From IMG/VR virus record IMGVR_UViG_3300037510_000137, positions 1 to 26,070 of that record: a stretch of DNA of 26,070 nucleotides, one strand, 5' to 3'. Of the stretch, positions 16,199 to 23,502 are shown one piece after another. Source of the stretch: a virus (Duplodnaviria; Caudoviricetes). Numbering within the stretch: position 1 is the first letter of the stretch; each line of letters begins with the position of its first letter. The position numbers and the translations under genes were made by a program. The notes below the pieces were generated by a model. That model did not search any database and was not told the DNA's origin. It saw only the letters and a list, made by a program, of their open reading frames with translations.

Positions 16199-16392
16199 GC
16201 CTTCCTCGCCTTCAGCATGGCATCAGCCATCTCATACGAGATGCGGGCAATATCGGCCTGTTTCGCATCCACTAAATCGTTGGCGTAACACTCGCGATCC
16301 AGTTCGTTCATATCGTGGTTGTGTATCAGCGATTCCATCGCTTTACCTGCCAATGTGTCGCGCAATTCCGTCTCGTAACTCGTCATATTCAT
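16195..16392 (-). CDS. conserved small phage protein
   Basis: LRDTLAGKAM...IARISYEMADAMLKAR is a widespread phage motif; GGAG RBS. Confidence 0.7.
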   Translation of the reverse strand: MNMTSYETELRDTLAGKAMESLIHNHDMNELDRECYANDLVDAKQADIARISYEMADAMLKARKA

Positions 16393-16472
16393 ATCATCTC
16401 CCTGATTAACTCACCGACAAACGCAAATGCAATAAGTGCAAATATGCACCACGCCAGAAAATCGTCATCCAC
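16389..16472 (-). CDS. 27-aa membrane microprotein (absent from the ORF track)
   Basis: GAGGA-N5-GTG; MDDDFLAWCIFALIAFAFVGELIREMI*; stop overlaps the next ATG (ATGA). Confidence 0.5.
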   Translation of the reverse strand: MDDDFLAWCIFALIAFAFVGELIREMI

Positions 16473-16698
16473 TGTGATCCTCGCCCGGTACTGTGGTGAA
16501 TATCCCCAGTAATTCCCCCGTCCGCTGGATCGCCACGTCATACCCCATATACCGCATTATCTCGATCGCCCGCTGCGCTACCTTGTCATCCCGACAGAAC
16601 GCCATCAGGGCGCCTCGCTGCACATCCCCCACCAGCGCCGTGGCCATGCCCAGTGCATCCACATCCAACGCCACTCTCGCTTCGTTCGCCGGGTTCAC
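16465..16698 (-). CDS. hypothetical protein
   Basis: GAGGAG RBS; GTG16698 overlaps the upstream TGA; 77 aa. Confidence 0.55.
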   Translation of the reverse strand: MNPANEARVALDVDALGMATALVGDVQRGALMAFCRDDKVAQRAIEIMRYMGYDVAIQRTGELLGIFTTVPGEDHSG

Positions 16699-16877
16699 CG
16701 CTCGCTCCTCCTCTTCCACCGCGCCGCTTCCTCCAGCGCCTCCAGCAAGGCCACCGCGTATTGCGGCACCTCGCCCCACTGATACACCGTGCTCTCACTC
16801 ATCCCCAACAACTTCGCAAACGCTGGCTTCTTCAGCCCCAACTGTCGCAGCCTGAACGTGAGTTCCACTCTATCCAC
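16695..16877 (-). CDS. small helix-turn-helix (XRE/Cro-like) DNA-binding protein
   Basis: LRQLGLKKPAFAKLLGMSESTVYQW..VP HTH pattern; first gene of the leftward unit. Confidence 0.75.
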   Translation of the reverse strand: MDRVELTFRLRQLGLKKPAFAKLLGMSESTVYQWGEVPQYAVALLEALEEAARWKRRSER

Positions 16878-17073
16878 ACACCCCCCCAACTAAGCCCGAA
16901 TGCCTCCCATTCTTTGCGGTCAATTGCATCCTTGTTAGGGATTACCTAACGTTTCCCTACTGTACCAGAAAAATTTGTTGGGGGTGATGGTTGCGGCGGC
17001 GGACAAGGCGGGGCGGGAATCCATGCGGTTTGGGTCCTCTTTTCGATGGCCCACGGTCAAAATAAGCGTTAAT

Positions 17074-17086
17074 AATCAACGACTTG
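17074..17086 (+). promoter_or_regulatory. IHF binding-site consensus
   Basis: AATCAACGACTTG matches WATCAANNNNTTR exactly, preceded by an AT-rich tract, in the divergent intergenic region. Confidence 0.5.
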
Positions 17087-17407
17087 ACATAATGGTGGTT
17101 ATCAATCAGGGCACGCTAGAGTGTGTGGGCCTAGTGGGTGATGCGCGTATGCACTAGTGTGGGGCACGCCCCATCCATCCCAACAAGCGTGCTTGTTATA
17201 CGCAAATGAGAACGGGCATACCGCTACCGCCATGTGGTGGCGGTAGCGCACAGGCTTATCTGGCAAGGGTTTGAGCGAATATTGCTCGAATGGTATGCAA
17301 AAGAGAAAGCACATTCTCTCTTGTACTGACTACTATGGAGTCATGCAGTAAGCACGGCGCCGCGAGACACGGCGCCACACACAGGTGACACACACAGGGG
17401 AAAGAGA

Positions 17408-17605
17408 ATGGAACAGACATACAACAGAGGTGACAGGGTGCGGATCGCATCGTTCCCGCGCTGGGTCGGGACTGTCATCGCACTGCTAGACACACGCCTA
17501 CATGGTGGAATCCAGTGGTACGCGGTGGAATTCGACGGTGCGGAATGTGGCGCTAACACCGTCTGCGTGACACACAACACCGCTTCCGAACTCATCCCGG
17601 AGTAA
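17408..17605 (+). CDS. small SH3-like beta-barrel protein (hypothetical)
   Basis: YNRGDRVRI...GTVI...WYAVEFD pattern; ACAGGGGAA RBS. Confidence 0.6.
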   Translation: MEQTYNRGDRVRIASFPRWVGTVIALLDTRLHGGIQWYAVEFDGAECGANTVCVTHNTASELIPE

Positions 17606-17610
17606 CGATC

Positions 17611-17793
17611 ATGTACAGCAATGCAGCGTTCAATCTGATGTTTCGCATTCGCCAGTACCGGGAAGCGGTGGAACTAGCTAACCGCCGCAACCCTGACGCC
17701 AGCGTTCGCACCATCGAACGGTTCAACGCTGACATCCTCTTGACGCATATCCAGCAAAAAGCCGGTGAAATCATTGGAGCCAATCATGCCTGA
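17611..17793 (+). CDS. hypothetical protein
   Basis: GGAG RBS, 60 aa. Confidence 0.55.
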   Translation: MYSNAAFNLMFRIRQYREAVELANRRNPDASVRTIERFNADILLTHIQQKAGEIIGANHA

Positions 17794-17878
17794 CTATCGC
17801 ACCTGCCGCGCCACCGTCTCCAAGATGCGTGGTCGTATCGTCCACTATCGTGCAACACACGCCACCGCTCGGAGCTAA
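17786..17878 (+). CDS. 30-aa basic microprotein
   Basis: GGAGCCAATCATG; MPDYRTCRATVSKMRGRIVHYRATHATARS*. Confidence 0.4.
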   Translation: MPDYRTCRATVSKMRGRIVHYRATHATARS

Positions 17879-17880
17879 TC

Positions 17881-17949
17881 ATGCTACTTAAACTGATCGC
17901 ACTCGCACTTCTCATGTATGCCATTGGTGCACTGGCTCTGTACGTCTGA
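17881..17949 (+). CDS. 22-aa hydrophobic microprotein
   Basis: GGAGCTAATCATG; MLLKLIALALLMYAIGALALYV*. Confidence 0.5.
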   Translation: MLLKLIALALLMYAIGALALYV

Positions 17950-17998
17950 TCGCAACACGGCGCGGTGGGAACCGCGCCACCAATCACAGGGGAATATC

Positions 17999-18340
17999 AT
18001 GGCGCAAACTTCTATTTGCCGTGGAGTAGCAACGACCATACACCGCACGGCGCACCGTATTGGTGTTTTTTATCACAATACAGAAGTGGTAAGCGTGGAG
18101 CGCGTCAGTAACGGCATGGCGCGCGTCACTCTCTGTACCGGTGGATATTTCACCAACACCACAAAAACCCGCATGAATCAGTTTGCGGCGCAATTCTGCC
18201 ATCACCAATATGGAGTATATCAAAAGAAAGGCGAATGGTTCGTGTCGATTAATCGGGTAGCCAACCCCGTTAAATTCATCGGTCATACGGTCGTATTTGT
18301 GATTGAAGCGGATAAGGTTGATTTTGCGACAGGGGAATAA
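17999..18340 (+). CDS. conserved phage early-type hypothetical protein
   Basis: ACAGGGGAA RBS; YHNTEVV...LCTGGYFTNTTKTRMN...VYQKKGEWFV motif family common in phages. Confidence 0.75.
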   Translation: MAQTSICRGVATTIHRTAHRIGVFYHNTEVVSVERVSNGMARVTLCTGGYFTNTTKTRMNQFAAQFCHHQYGVYQKKGEWFVSINRVANPVKFIGHTVVFVIEADKVDFATGE

Positions 18341-18342
18341 TC

Positions 18343-18570
18343 ATGGACAGGGCAAAGAGACAATGGCGCGCGTTTTACAATATCGCGCGCCTAGAATGTA
18401 GCGAATCTGCACTGACGTATGCCACCGAGCATGGTTACAGCAACAGACAGGCAATGTATGAATGCGTACTGAATATCTATTGGACAGAGGATGCACTTGA
18501 ACGGCGCGCGCGATTGCATCGCAACTATCCGGGCGCCAACAAAGCGGACTTGTACCGCGCGTCTGTCTGA
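18343..18570 (+). CDS. hypothetical protein
   Basis: ACAGGGGAA RBS, 75 aa. Confidence 0.6.
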   Translation: MDRAKRQWRAFYNIARLECSESALTYATEHGYSNRQAMYECVLNIYWTEDALERRARLHRNYPGANKADLYRASV

Positions 18571-18634
18571 CAGTCCACAGGATAGGCTCTGTGCCTATCC
18601 CCTGCACTGTCGCAGGTTACAACAGGGGAACATC

Positions 18635-19522
18635 ATGGCTCACATTGAACTCAATGGCACGCACCTCGCATCGGCTTTGCTCGTCGCGCCGAAAGGTGAC
18701 ATTCGCTACTACTTGAACGGGGTATATGTCGAATGGTCTGCCACGGTTACACGCACTGTCGCCACCAATGGCCACATTCTGTGGATTGCGGATCATGACC
18801 GCATGACCAAAGGTGATGGTCCGTTTGAGATAAACGACTATGCCAGTGGCAGCATGATCGTACCGCGCGCAGTGCTCGAAACCCTCAAACCCAAAGCCGA
18901 CGAACGATATGTGATCATCATTGAGGAGATGGGTTCGTTCGCGCACCGTTACAGCATTCGCAATATCAAAGATGCCACGGGCATCCAATTCGTTCCGGTT
19001 GATGGCAAGTTCCCTGACTATGTGCGCGTGCTGCCCACGTTTGATCCGGCGCCTGACTGGGTTAGCGCATGGTCGGGCGAGACGCGCGATGACACGGGAC
19101 AAGTCAAACTCCCTAACGCCGTTCTCAATCTCAACAATCATGAGCGCATTGAGGTGCCTGAGCATATGGTCACGTATGTGCTCGAACGCTTGAACATGCG
19201 CCACCGCGTGGCACAGTTCAACGCAGAGTATCAAGCCATCGCAGGCAAAATCTATCGACTCAGGTATGGCAAGCGTGTAGGGTGCGCTCCCACCCTCTAT
19301 CACAATGGCACGGGAACCAGTGTGTACAAATTCGATGATAAGTCGTACATGCTCATTATGGCTGTGCGGGACGAGGGCGCCAACACGTTCCCCATTCTCG
19401 ATCAGTTCAGAACGAGCGTGATCGTCACGCCTGAGGTCACGCCTGAGAAAGAGGAGCAAGCACAACCCGCGCAAGTAGCAGAGGAGGAACAATCTCCTCA
19501 AGTGGAGCACGAGGGCGATTGA
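18635..19522 (+). CDS. DNA polymerase III beta-clamp-like protein (partial DnaN homology)
   Basis: DIRYYLNGVYVE, VATNGH and VDGKFPDYVRVLP match the DnaN middle domain; start at ATG18635 after ACAGGGGAA; acidic C-terminal tail. Confidence 0.75.
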   Translation: MAHIELNGTHLASALLVAPKGDIRYYLNGVYVEWSATVTRTVATNGHILWIADHDRMTKGDGPFEINDYASGSMIVPRAVLETLKPKADERYVIIIEEMGSFAHRYSIRNIKDATGIQFVPVDGKFPDYVRVLPTFDPAPDWVSAWSGETRDDTGQVKLPNAVLNLNNHERIEVPEHMVTYVLERLNMRHRVAQFNAEYQAIAGKIYRLRYGKRVGCAPTLYHNGTGTSVYKFDDKSYMLIMAVRDEGANTFPILDQFRTSVIVTPEVTPEKEEQAQPAQVAEEEQSPQVEHEGD

Positions 19523-19623
19523 TTCTTTGTTATTTCACGTCCACATGCGCGCTATAGCGCGCGGTGGACTAAGATTCACACATGGCACCGCACCGCGCGA
19601 TGCAAACAAGGGTGGAGGTTGAA

Positions 19624-19758
19624 ATGTGGACGTACCAGTTTGCATGGCTCCAGTACGCACTCGTCATCAGTGTTGATTATCGGTGCGGTAACGGACACCT
19701 GATTCATGAGAAGTACATCACAATCCCGTACGACGCACGCGGGATGGTATGGTGTTAA
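19624..19758 (+). CDS. 44-aa hypothetical protein (absent from the ORF track)
   Basis: GGAGG-N5-ATG; MWTYQFAWLQYALVISVDYRCGNGHLIHEKYITIPYDARGMVWC*. Confidence 0.5.
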   Translation: MWTYQFAWLQYALVISVDYRCGNGHLIHEKYITIPYDARGMVWC

Positions 19759-19803
19759 ACGCTCGCACGTGGCGCTCACGTGCAAACTAACAGGGGAAAC
19801 ATC

Positions 19804-20646
19804 ATGAATAGCACTCGTCTTGCAGGTCGTGGCGCATTCGAAGGTGGCGTGTATCGTAGCAATGATCCGCTCACCAACGAGCAAATGATGCGCGTGGCGC
19901 CGTCTATCTTCGCAGAGGACAAGCACGCATCGCGCAGCGCTCGCTACACCTACATTCCAACCATTGATGTGGTCAACGGTCTGCGCCGTGAAGGGTTCGA
20001 ACCGTTCATGGTCGCGCAGGGTCGCACGCGGGTTCCGGGTAAATCAGACTTCACGAAGCATATGCTTCGTCTGCGCCATCGCAGTGACATTGCCAACACA
20101 GAAGCAAACGAGATTGTGTTGGTCAACTCGCACGATGGCACGTCGAGCTATCAACTGATCAGTGGTCTGATCCGTTTCGCCTGCAACAATGGCTTGGTAT
20201 GCGGTGAGAACATTGAAGACTTTCGCGTACCGCACAAGGGTAACATCGTCGATGAAGTCATTGGGCAAGCATATCGCACGCTGGACGGTTTTGGCCTGAT
20301 TCGTGAAGTCACGAACGAGATGAAGGGCAAAGAACTGACTGACGCCCAATCCATCGCGTTTGCACAAGCGGCACTCATGCTGCGGTTTGATGCCGATGAA
20401 AACGGCGATGTGAACGCGCCGATTCGTGCTGAACAACTGTTGCACGTGCGTCGCAGCGCGGACGCTGATCGTTCGGTGTGGACTACCTTTAACCGCGTGC
20501 AGGAAAACGCCCTACGCGGCGGTTTGCACGGTCGCAGTGCCAACAATCGACGCATCAGCACGCGGGAAGTAACCGGTATCGATCAGTCCATCAAGCTGAA
20601 TCGCCAACTCTGGACACTCGCTGAATTCGTCGCGAAAGCAGTCTAA
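19804..20646 (+). CDS. DUF932 (DUF945/YafZ-like) protein
   Basis: APSIFAEDKHASRSARYTYIPT, FTKHMLRLR, EIVLVNSHDGTSSYQ, CNNGLVCG and WTTFNRVQEN motifs. Confidence 0.9.
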   Translation: MNSTRLAGRGAFEGGVYRSNDPLTNEQMMRVAPSIFAEDKHASRSARYTYIPTIDVVNGLRREGFEPFMVAQGRTRVPGKSDFTKHMLRLRHRSDIANTEANEIVLVNSHDGTSSYQLISGLIRFACNNGLVCGENIEDFRVPHKGNIVDEVIGQAYRTLDGFGLIREVTNEMKGKELTDAQSIAFAQAALMLRFDADENGDVNAPIRAEQLLHVRRSADADRSVWTTFNRVQENALRGGLHGRSANNRRISTREVTGIDQSIKLNRQLWTLAEFVAKAV

Positions 20647-20699
20647 GCATTCTCTCATAAACGAATGGAGACGCGCCCCGCAAGGGGCGCGGTAGGATC

Positions 20700-20891
20700 A
20701 TGCGCGTTGAGTCATCAGATAAGGTTTTTGTACCTTATTGTATCTCAGTAGAGACTGTCGAAGAGCACAACATGCTCTGTACGGTGCTTTCCCACTATCG
20801 CATAGCTAGCGGCAGCACACGCGCTGAATCGCTGGAGGATGCGTGCAACGACATCCAAAACGCTCCTTCTGGCACAACCTACAAATGGTGA
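20700..20891 (+). CDS. hypothetical protein
   Basis: AGGA adjacent to ATG, after a GCAA-loop hairpin; 63 aa. Confidence 0.45.
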   Translation: MRVESSDKVFVPYCISVETVEEHNMLCTVLSHYRIASGSTRAESLEDACNDIQNAPSGTTYKW

Positions 20892-20894
20892 TTC

Positions 20895-21008
20895 ATGAGC
20901 ACTCTTCGTTTTCTTGATTACATAGCATACAAAGCTCAATGCGGGCGCGATAACGTGCCTATCCTGCCTTTCGCCGTATGGCTCTTTTATAACCCCTACT
21001 ACGTATGA
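20895..21008 (+). CDS. 37-aa hypothetical protein
   Basis: MSTLRFLDYIAYKAQCGRDNVPILPFAVWLFYNPYYV*; ATGA overlap with the next gene. Confidence 0.45.
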   Translation: MSTLRFLDYIAYKAQCGRDNVPILPFAVWLFYNPYYV

Positions 21009-21352
21009 GCGTCGATCACTTTAACCGCGTTGAACGCGTGCTCGCGGGCTGTTCGTTCAGAGACTGGAAATTGCACGTGAGCAAGTCTGAGGACAGGGTA
21101 TATCTGTTCGCGTCATGGGTCGGGCAAGACAATTTCAAGCCCGGACACGTCGAGCAACAAGTCTCGCGCCGATGGTTGATACGGCCTGAAGCGAGTGCAT
21201 CAGAGATTGTACAAACCGCGTTCGCGTGCGTGATGACTGCAATGGAACATGAGGTGCGCGAACAGTTCCTGTATCACGATCGCGCGGTGTTTGGGCCTCA
21301 CCATAACGTCGATGCACTCTGGAACATATCGGCGCACATGGAGCGTACATGA
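21005..21352 (+). CDS. conserved phage hypothetical protein
   Basis: SRRWLI...SEIVQTAF...EHEVREQFLY...VFGPH motif family. Confidence 0.75.
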   Translation: MSVDHFNRVERVLAGCSFRDWKLHVSKSEDRVYLFASWVGQDNFKPGHVEQQVSRRWLIRPEASASEIVQTAFACVMTAMEHEVREQFLYHDRAVFGPHHNVDALWNISAHMERT

Positions 21353-21552
21353 TCCCGCTCTATCACTGGTCGTTTGTCGTGCGTGATGGTCTGGGCACGT
21401 ACCTATGGGGCGTGACTGCTGCAACGTTGGATGAAGCGCAAGAGGTTGCGCGCGCCGATTGTGGCAGTCACGTAGGGCTGAATCAGGTTGGGTGCAAGCG
21501 TGTGTATGGAGCCTATCGTGAAGCTGAGGAGGGACCACAAGGTGGCACTTAA
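21349..21552 (+). CDS. hypothetical protein
   Basis: GGAG RBS, ATGA overlap, 67 aa. Confidence 0.6.
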   Translation: MIPLYHWSFVVRDGLGTYLWGVTAATLDEAQEVARADCGSHVGLNQVGCKRVYGAYREAEEGPQGGT

Positions 21553-21631
21553 ATTTCTTCTGTTCCTGATCGCGATGTACGTCCTGTCCGTGGCGTGCGG
21601 TGGTCTGGATACACTCATTCCCAATCTTTGA
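21542..21631 (+). CDS. 29-aa hydrophobic microprotein
   Basis: GAGGAGG upstream of GTG; MALKFLLFLIAMYVLSVACGGLDTLIPNL*. Confidence 0.5.
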   Translation: MALKFLLFLIAMYVLSVACGGLDTLIPNL

Positions 21632-21639
21632 GGGCAACG

Positions 21640-22032
21640 ATGAACGAAGCAGACAAGCAAGACCGCGTACAGGAACTGACCGATCAGTTACAGAGCATGT
21701 TGGAGGTGTCGGAGGACATATCCGCGCGCATTGCCGCGTGCGCCAAAGTCATCAACCATTTCGTCACCAACGAAACGGTACATACGCCTGAGACGTGGCT
21801 CGCGTTCAATTGGCACACGATCATGGGGCTGTTGCCGCATGTTGCGGTCGTGCCGAATGCAGCAACGAAAGCGTTTAGCTCACTGCGCTCTGTTGCAGTG
21901 TGTATGCGCGCAACGCACTTCCCTGAAGCCGAACAGTTCTTGGAAGTATCGGGGCAGTTGATGGAACGTGTAAACGCAATAAACGCAATCGAAAGCGAAC
22001 TGCTTTCACTTACTGGAGGAACGAAGCAATGA
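21640..22032 (+). CDS. hypothetical helical protein
   Basis: GAGG RBS before ATG21640; 130 aa. Confidence 0.65.
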   Translation: MNEADKQDRVQELTDQLQSMLEVSEDISARIAACAKVINHFVTNETVHTPETWLAFNWHTIMGLLPHVAVVPNAATKAFSSLRSVAVCMRATHFPEAEQFLEVSGQLMERVNAINAIESELLSLTGGTKQ

Positions 22033-22469
22033 GCAAAGTCAATCAGTGCATCAAAACCGGCGCCCGTGTTCTGCTGACCGGTGAATCTGTCGAGGTCACA
22101 GGAGACCTGTTTTTCTTCTGCGAACCGGGCAGTCACCAACACCTCGCGCTCCATTATGTCGAGCCATTCAAGTTCGTGCAGCTTGACAAGAATGAACCGT
22201 GGCCTGCGGCCTACGATGCCGTTTTCGATACGGAAACCTGCGAGGGGGAAGAGTTCTTGGACATGAAGCTGGCCAAGGTCATGGTGATGCACAACAGCCA
22301 TGCCTACGTGTCCCCGAACGTCCCGGTACCGGAAGGCTATACCAGTTCACGTGCAGTTGCAGCGGCACAACAGCATCCGCTGGAGGCGTTGCTGGCATCT
22401 CTGGGTAAATCACTGGGCGCAGAGGTCAAGATTCTGAAGGTCAACGGCGATGGGAAGGTAGAGGAATGA
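22029..22469 (+). CDS. hypothetical protein
   Basis: GGAGG RBS, ATGA overlap, 146 aa. Confidence 0.65.
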   Translation: MSKVNQCIKTGARVLLTGESVEVTGDLFFFCEPGSHQHLALHYVEPFKFVQLDKNEPWPAAYDAVFDTETCEGEEFLDMKLAKVMVMHNSHAYVSPNVPVPEGYTSSRAVAAAQQHPLEALLASLGKSLGAEVKILKVNGDGKVEE

Positions 22470-22744
22470 AGAAAACGCACCGTGGGCCGCTTGCGGGCTA
22501 CGCGGTGCCTTTGTCGGCACCGCTCTATATCAAACCACGTCCAACCGTGTTCGAGGGCACGTACTACGCTGTCGGGCTGTATCACACGGGCATACCGGGC
22601 GTGAACTTTCTGGAACTCCAGAAGTATTCACGCGAACGTGACGCGCGGCGCGCGCTGCGTAACATCGGCTACATTCAGGAGGGCAATCGTTGGGTGCACT
22701 CGTCGGTGATCGAGAACCGGAAAGAGGCGGCACATGCTGATTAA
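22466..22744 (+). CDS. hypothetical protein
   Basis: ATGA overlap, 92 aa. Confidence 0.6.
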   Translation: MKKTHRGPLAGYAVPLSAPLYIKPRPTVFEGTYYAVGLYHTGIPGVNFLELQKYSRERDARRALRNIGYIQEGNRWVHSSVIENRKEAAHAD

Positions 22745-23147
22745 ACCGCACATTTTCAGGGTGCGTCTTTTTGATCGCTGGTGGTTTGGTTATGCGATCG
22801 CAGGGCGCCAACCAGTCCTTGCAGCCAGCGTGACACAACTCCAAGAATGGTTTGGGGACCATCGTCCGCTGGTGTTGCCGAAGACATGGTGTTCTCACTA
22901 CTGGCGATATCTGGAGACTCACCAAGGGAAGGTAGAGCTTGTTCTAATGGATCATCTTGGGCAGGAATGGTCGAGCCAACCGGGATGGTTTTGGACGCGG
23001 ACGTTTGTGGGAGCGCGGCGGGTTCTGTGCCGTTTTTCAAAGGCTGAGAGAGGAATATCACGCGCTCCCGAGTTCGACGAATTGTTAGGCCCGCGATCTT
23101 TTTCCCCTTCGCGTGATCCCATTTCAGTATCTCATTCGACGCGGTAG
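22734..23147 (+). CDS. hypothetical protein (KPHIFR..WW type) overlapping the endolysin antisense
   Basis: GAGG RBS and overlap with the upstream gene; N-terminus resembles ORF 25566-25715. Confidence 0.4.
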   Translation: MLIKPHIFRVRLFDRWWFGYAIAGRQPVLAASVTQLQEWFGDHRPLVLPKTWCSHYWRYLETHQGKVELVLMDHLGQEWSSQPGWFWTRTFVGARRVLCRFSKAERGISRAPEFDELLGPRSFSPSRDPISVSHSTR

Positions 23148-23502
23148 GGAAGTCCTTCCCGTTCACCTTGCGGCGTAGCGTGCTGGCCTGATAGGCGCCT
23201 ACGCCGCAGTTATAGGCAAAGTCCGTGAGTGCATCGAGCATCACCGGATATGCCGACAGGATTGGACTGGCGCGCAGCACACCTGCCTGAGCGCTATTCC
23301 AACCCTGTTGGAGCCTTAGCACGGCATGGTCGCGAGTCCATGTCGTGCCTTTTTTTATGTCTGAGCCAGTCGAGCCGAATCCGATCGTGTACACCATACC
23401 GATCGCATCAAAGTAGGCCACTACCCAACCATCTCCCCTGTCCTTGGCATACCCTTCGGAGTCCATGCACAGGAGAAAGCCGGGTGTTTCGACAATGCTC
23501 AT
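22756..23502 (-). CDS. endolysin, GH24 (T4/P22-type lysozyme) with C-terminal extension
   Basis: SEG...AYFDAIGMVYTIGFG catalytic E/D/T region, DALTDFAYNCG, STLRRKVN and GLTIRRTRER. Confidence 0.9.
   Translation of the reverse strand: MSIVETPGFLLCMDSEGYAKDRGDGWVVAYFDAIGMVYTIGFGSTGSDIKKGTTWTRDHAVLRLQQGWNSAQAGVLRASPILSAYPVMLDALTDFAYNCGVGAYQASTLRRKVNGKDFPTASNEILKWDHAKGKKIAGLTIRRTRERVIFLSQPLKNGTEPAALPQTSASKTIPVGSTIPAQDDPLEQALPSLGESPDIASSENTMSSATPADDGPQTILGVVSRWLQGLVGALRSHNQTTSDQKDAP

Noticed and set aside
17032-17038. GGGTCCT identical to lambda cosQ
   Set aside because: Only a 7-mer, with no cosN-like symmetric site at the expected distance, and the terminase is P22-like rather than lambda-like.
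17084-17112. TTGACA as a sigma70 -35 box
   Set aside because: No acceptable -10 hexamer at 16-18 bp spacing; it overlaps the IHF consensus instead.
18617-19510. 297-aa ORF on the - strand
   Set aside because: Antisense shadow of the beta-clamp-like gene.
17356-19800. Repeated motifs as a CRISPR array or integron attC cassettes
   Set aside because: The repeats are only 9 nt, irregularly spaced and tied to start codons. The hairpins lack attC RYYYAAC/GTTRRRY ends, and no cas or integrase gene is present.
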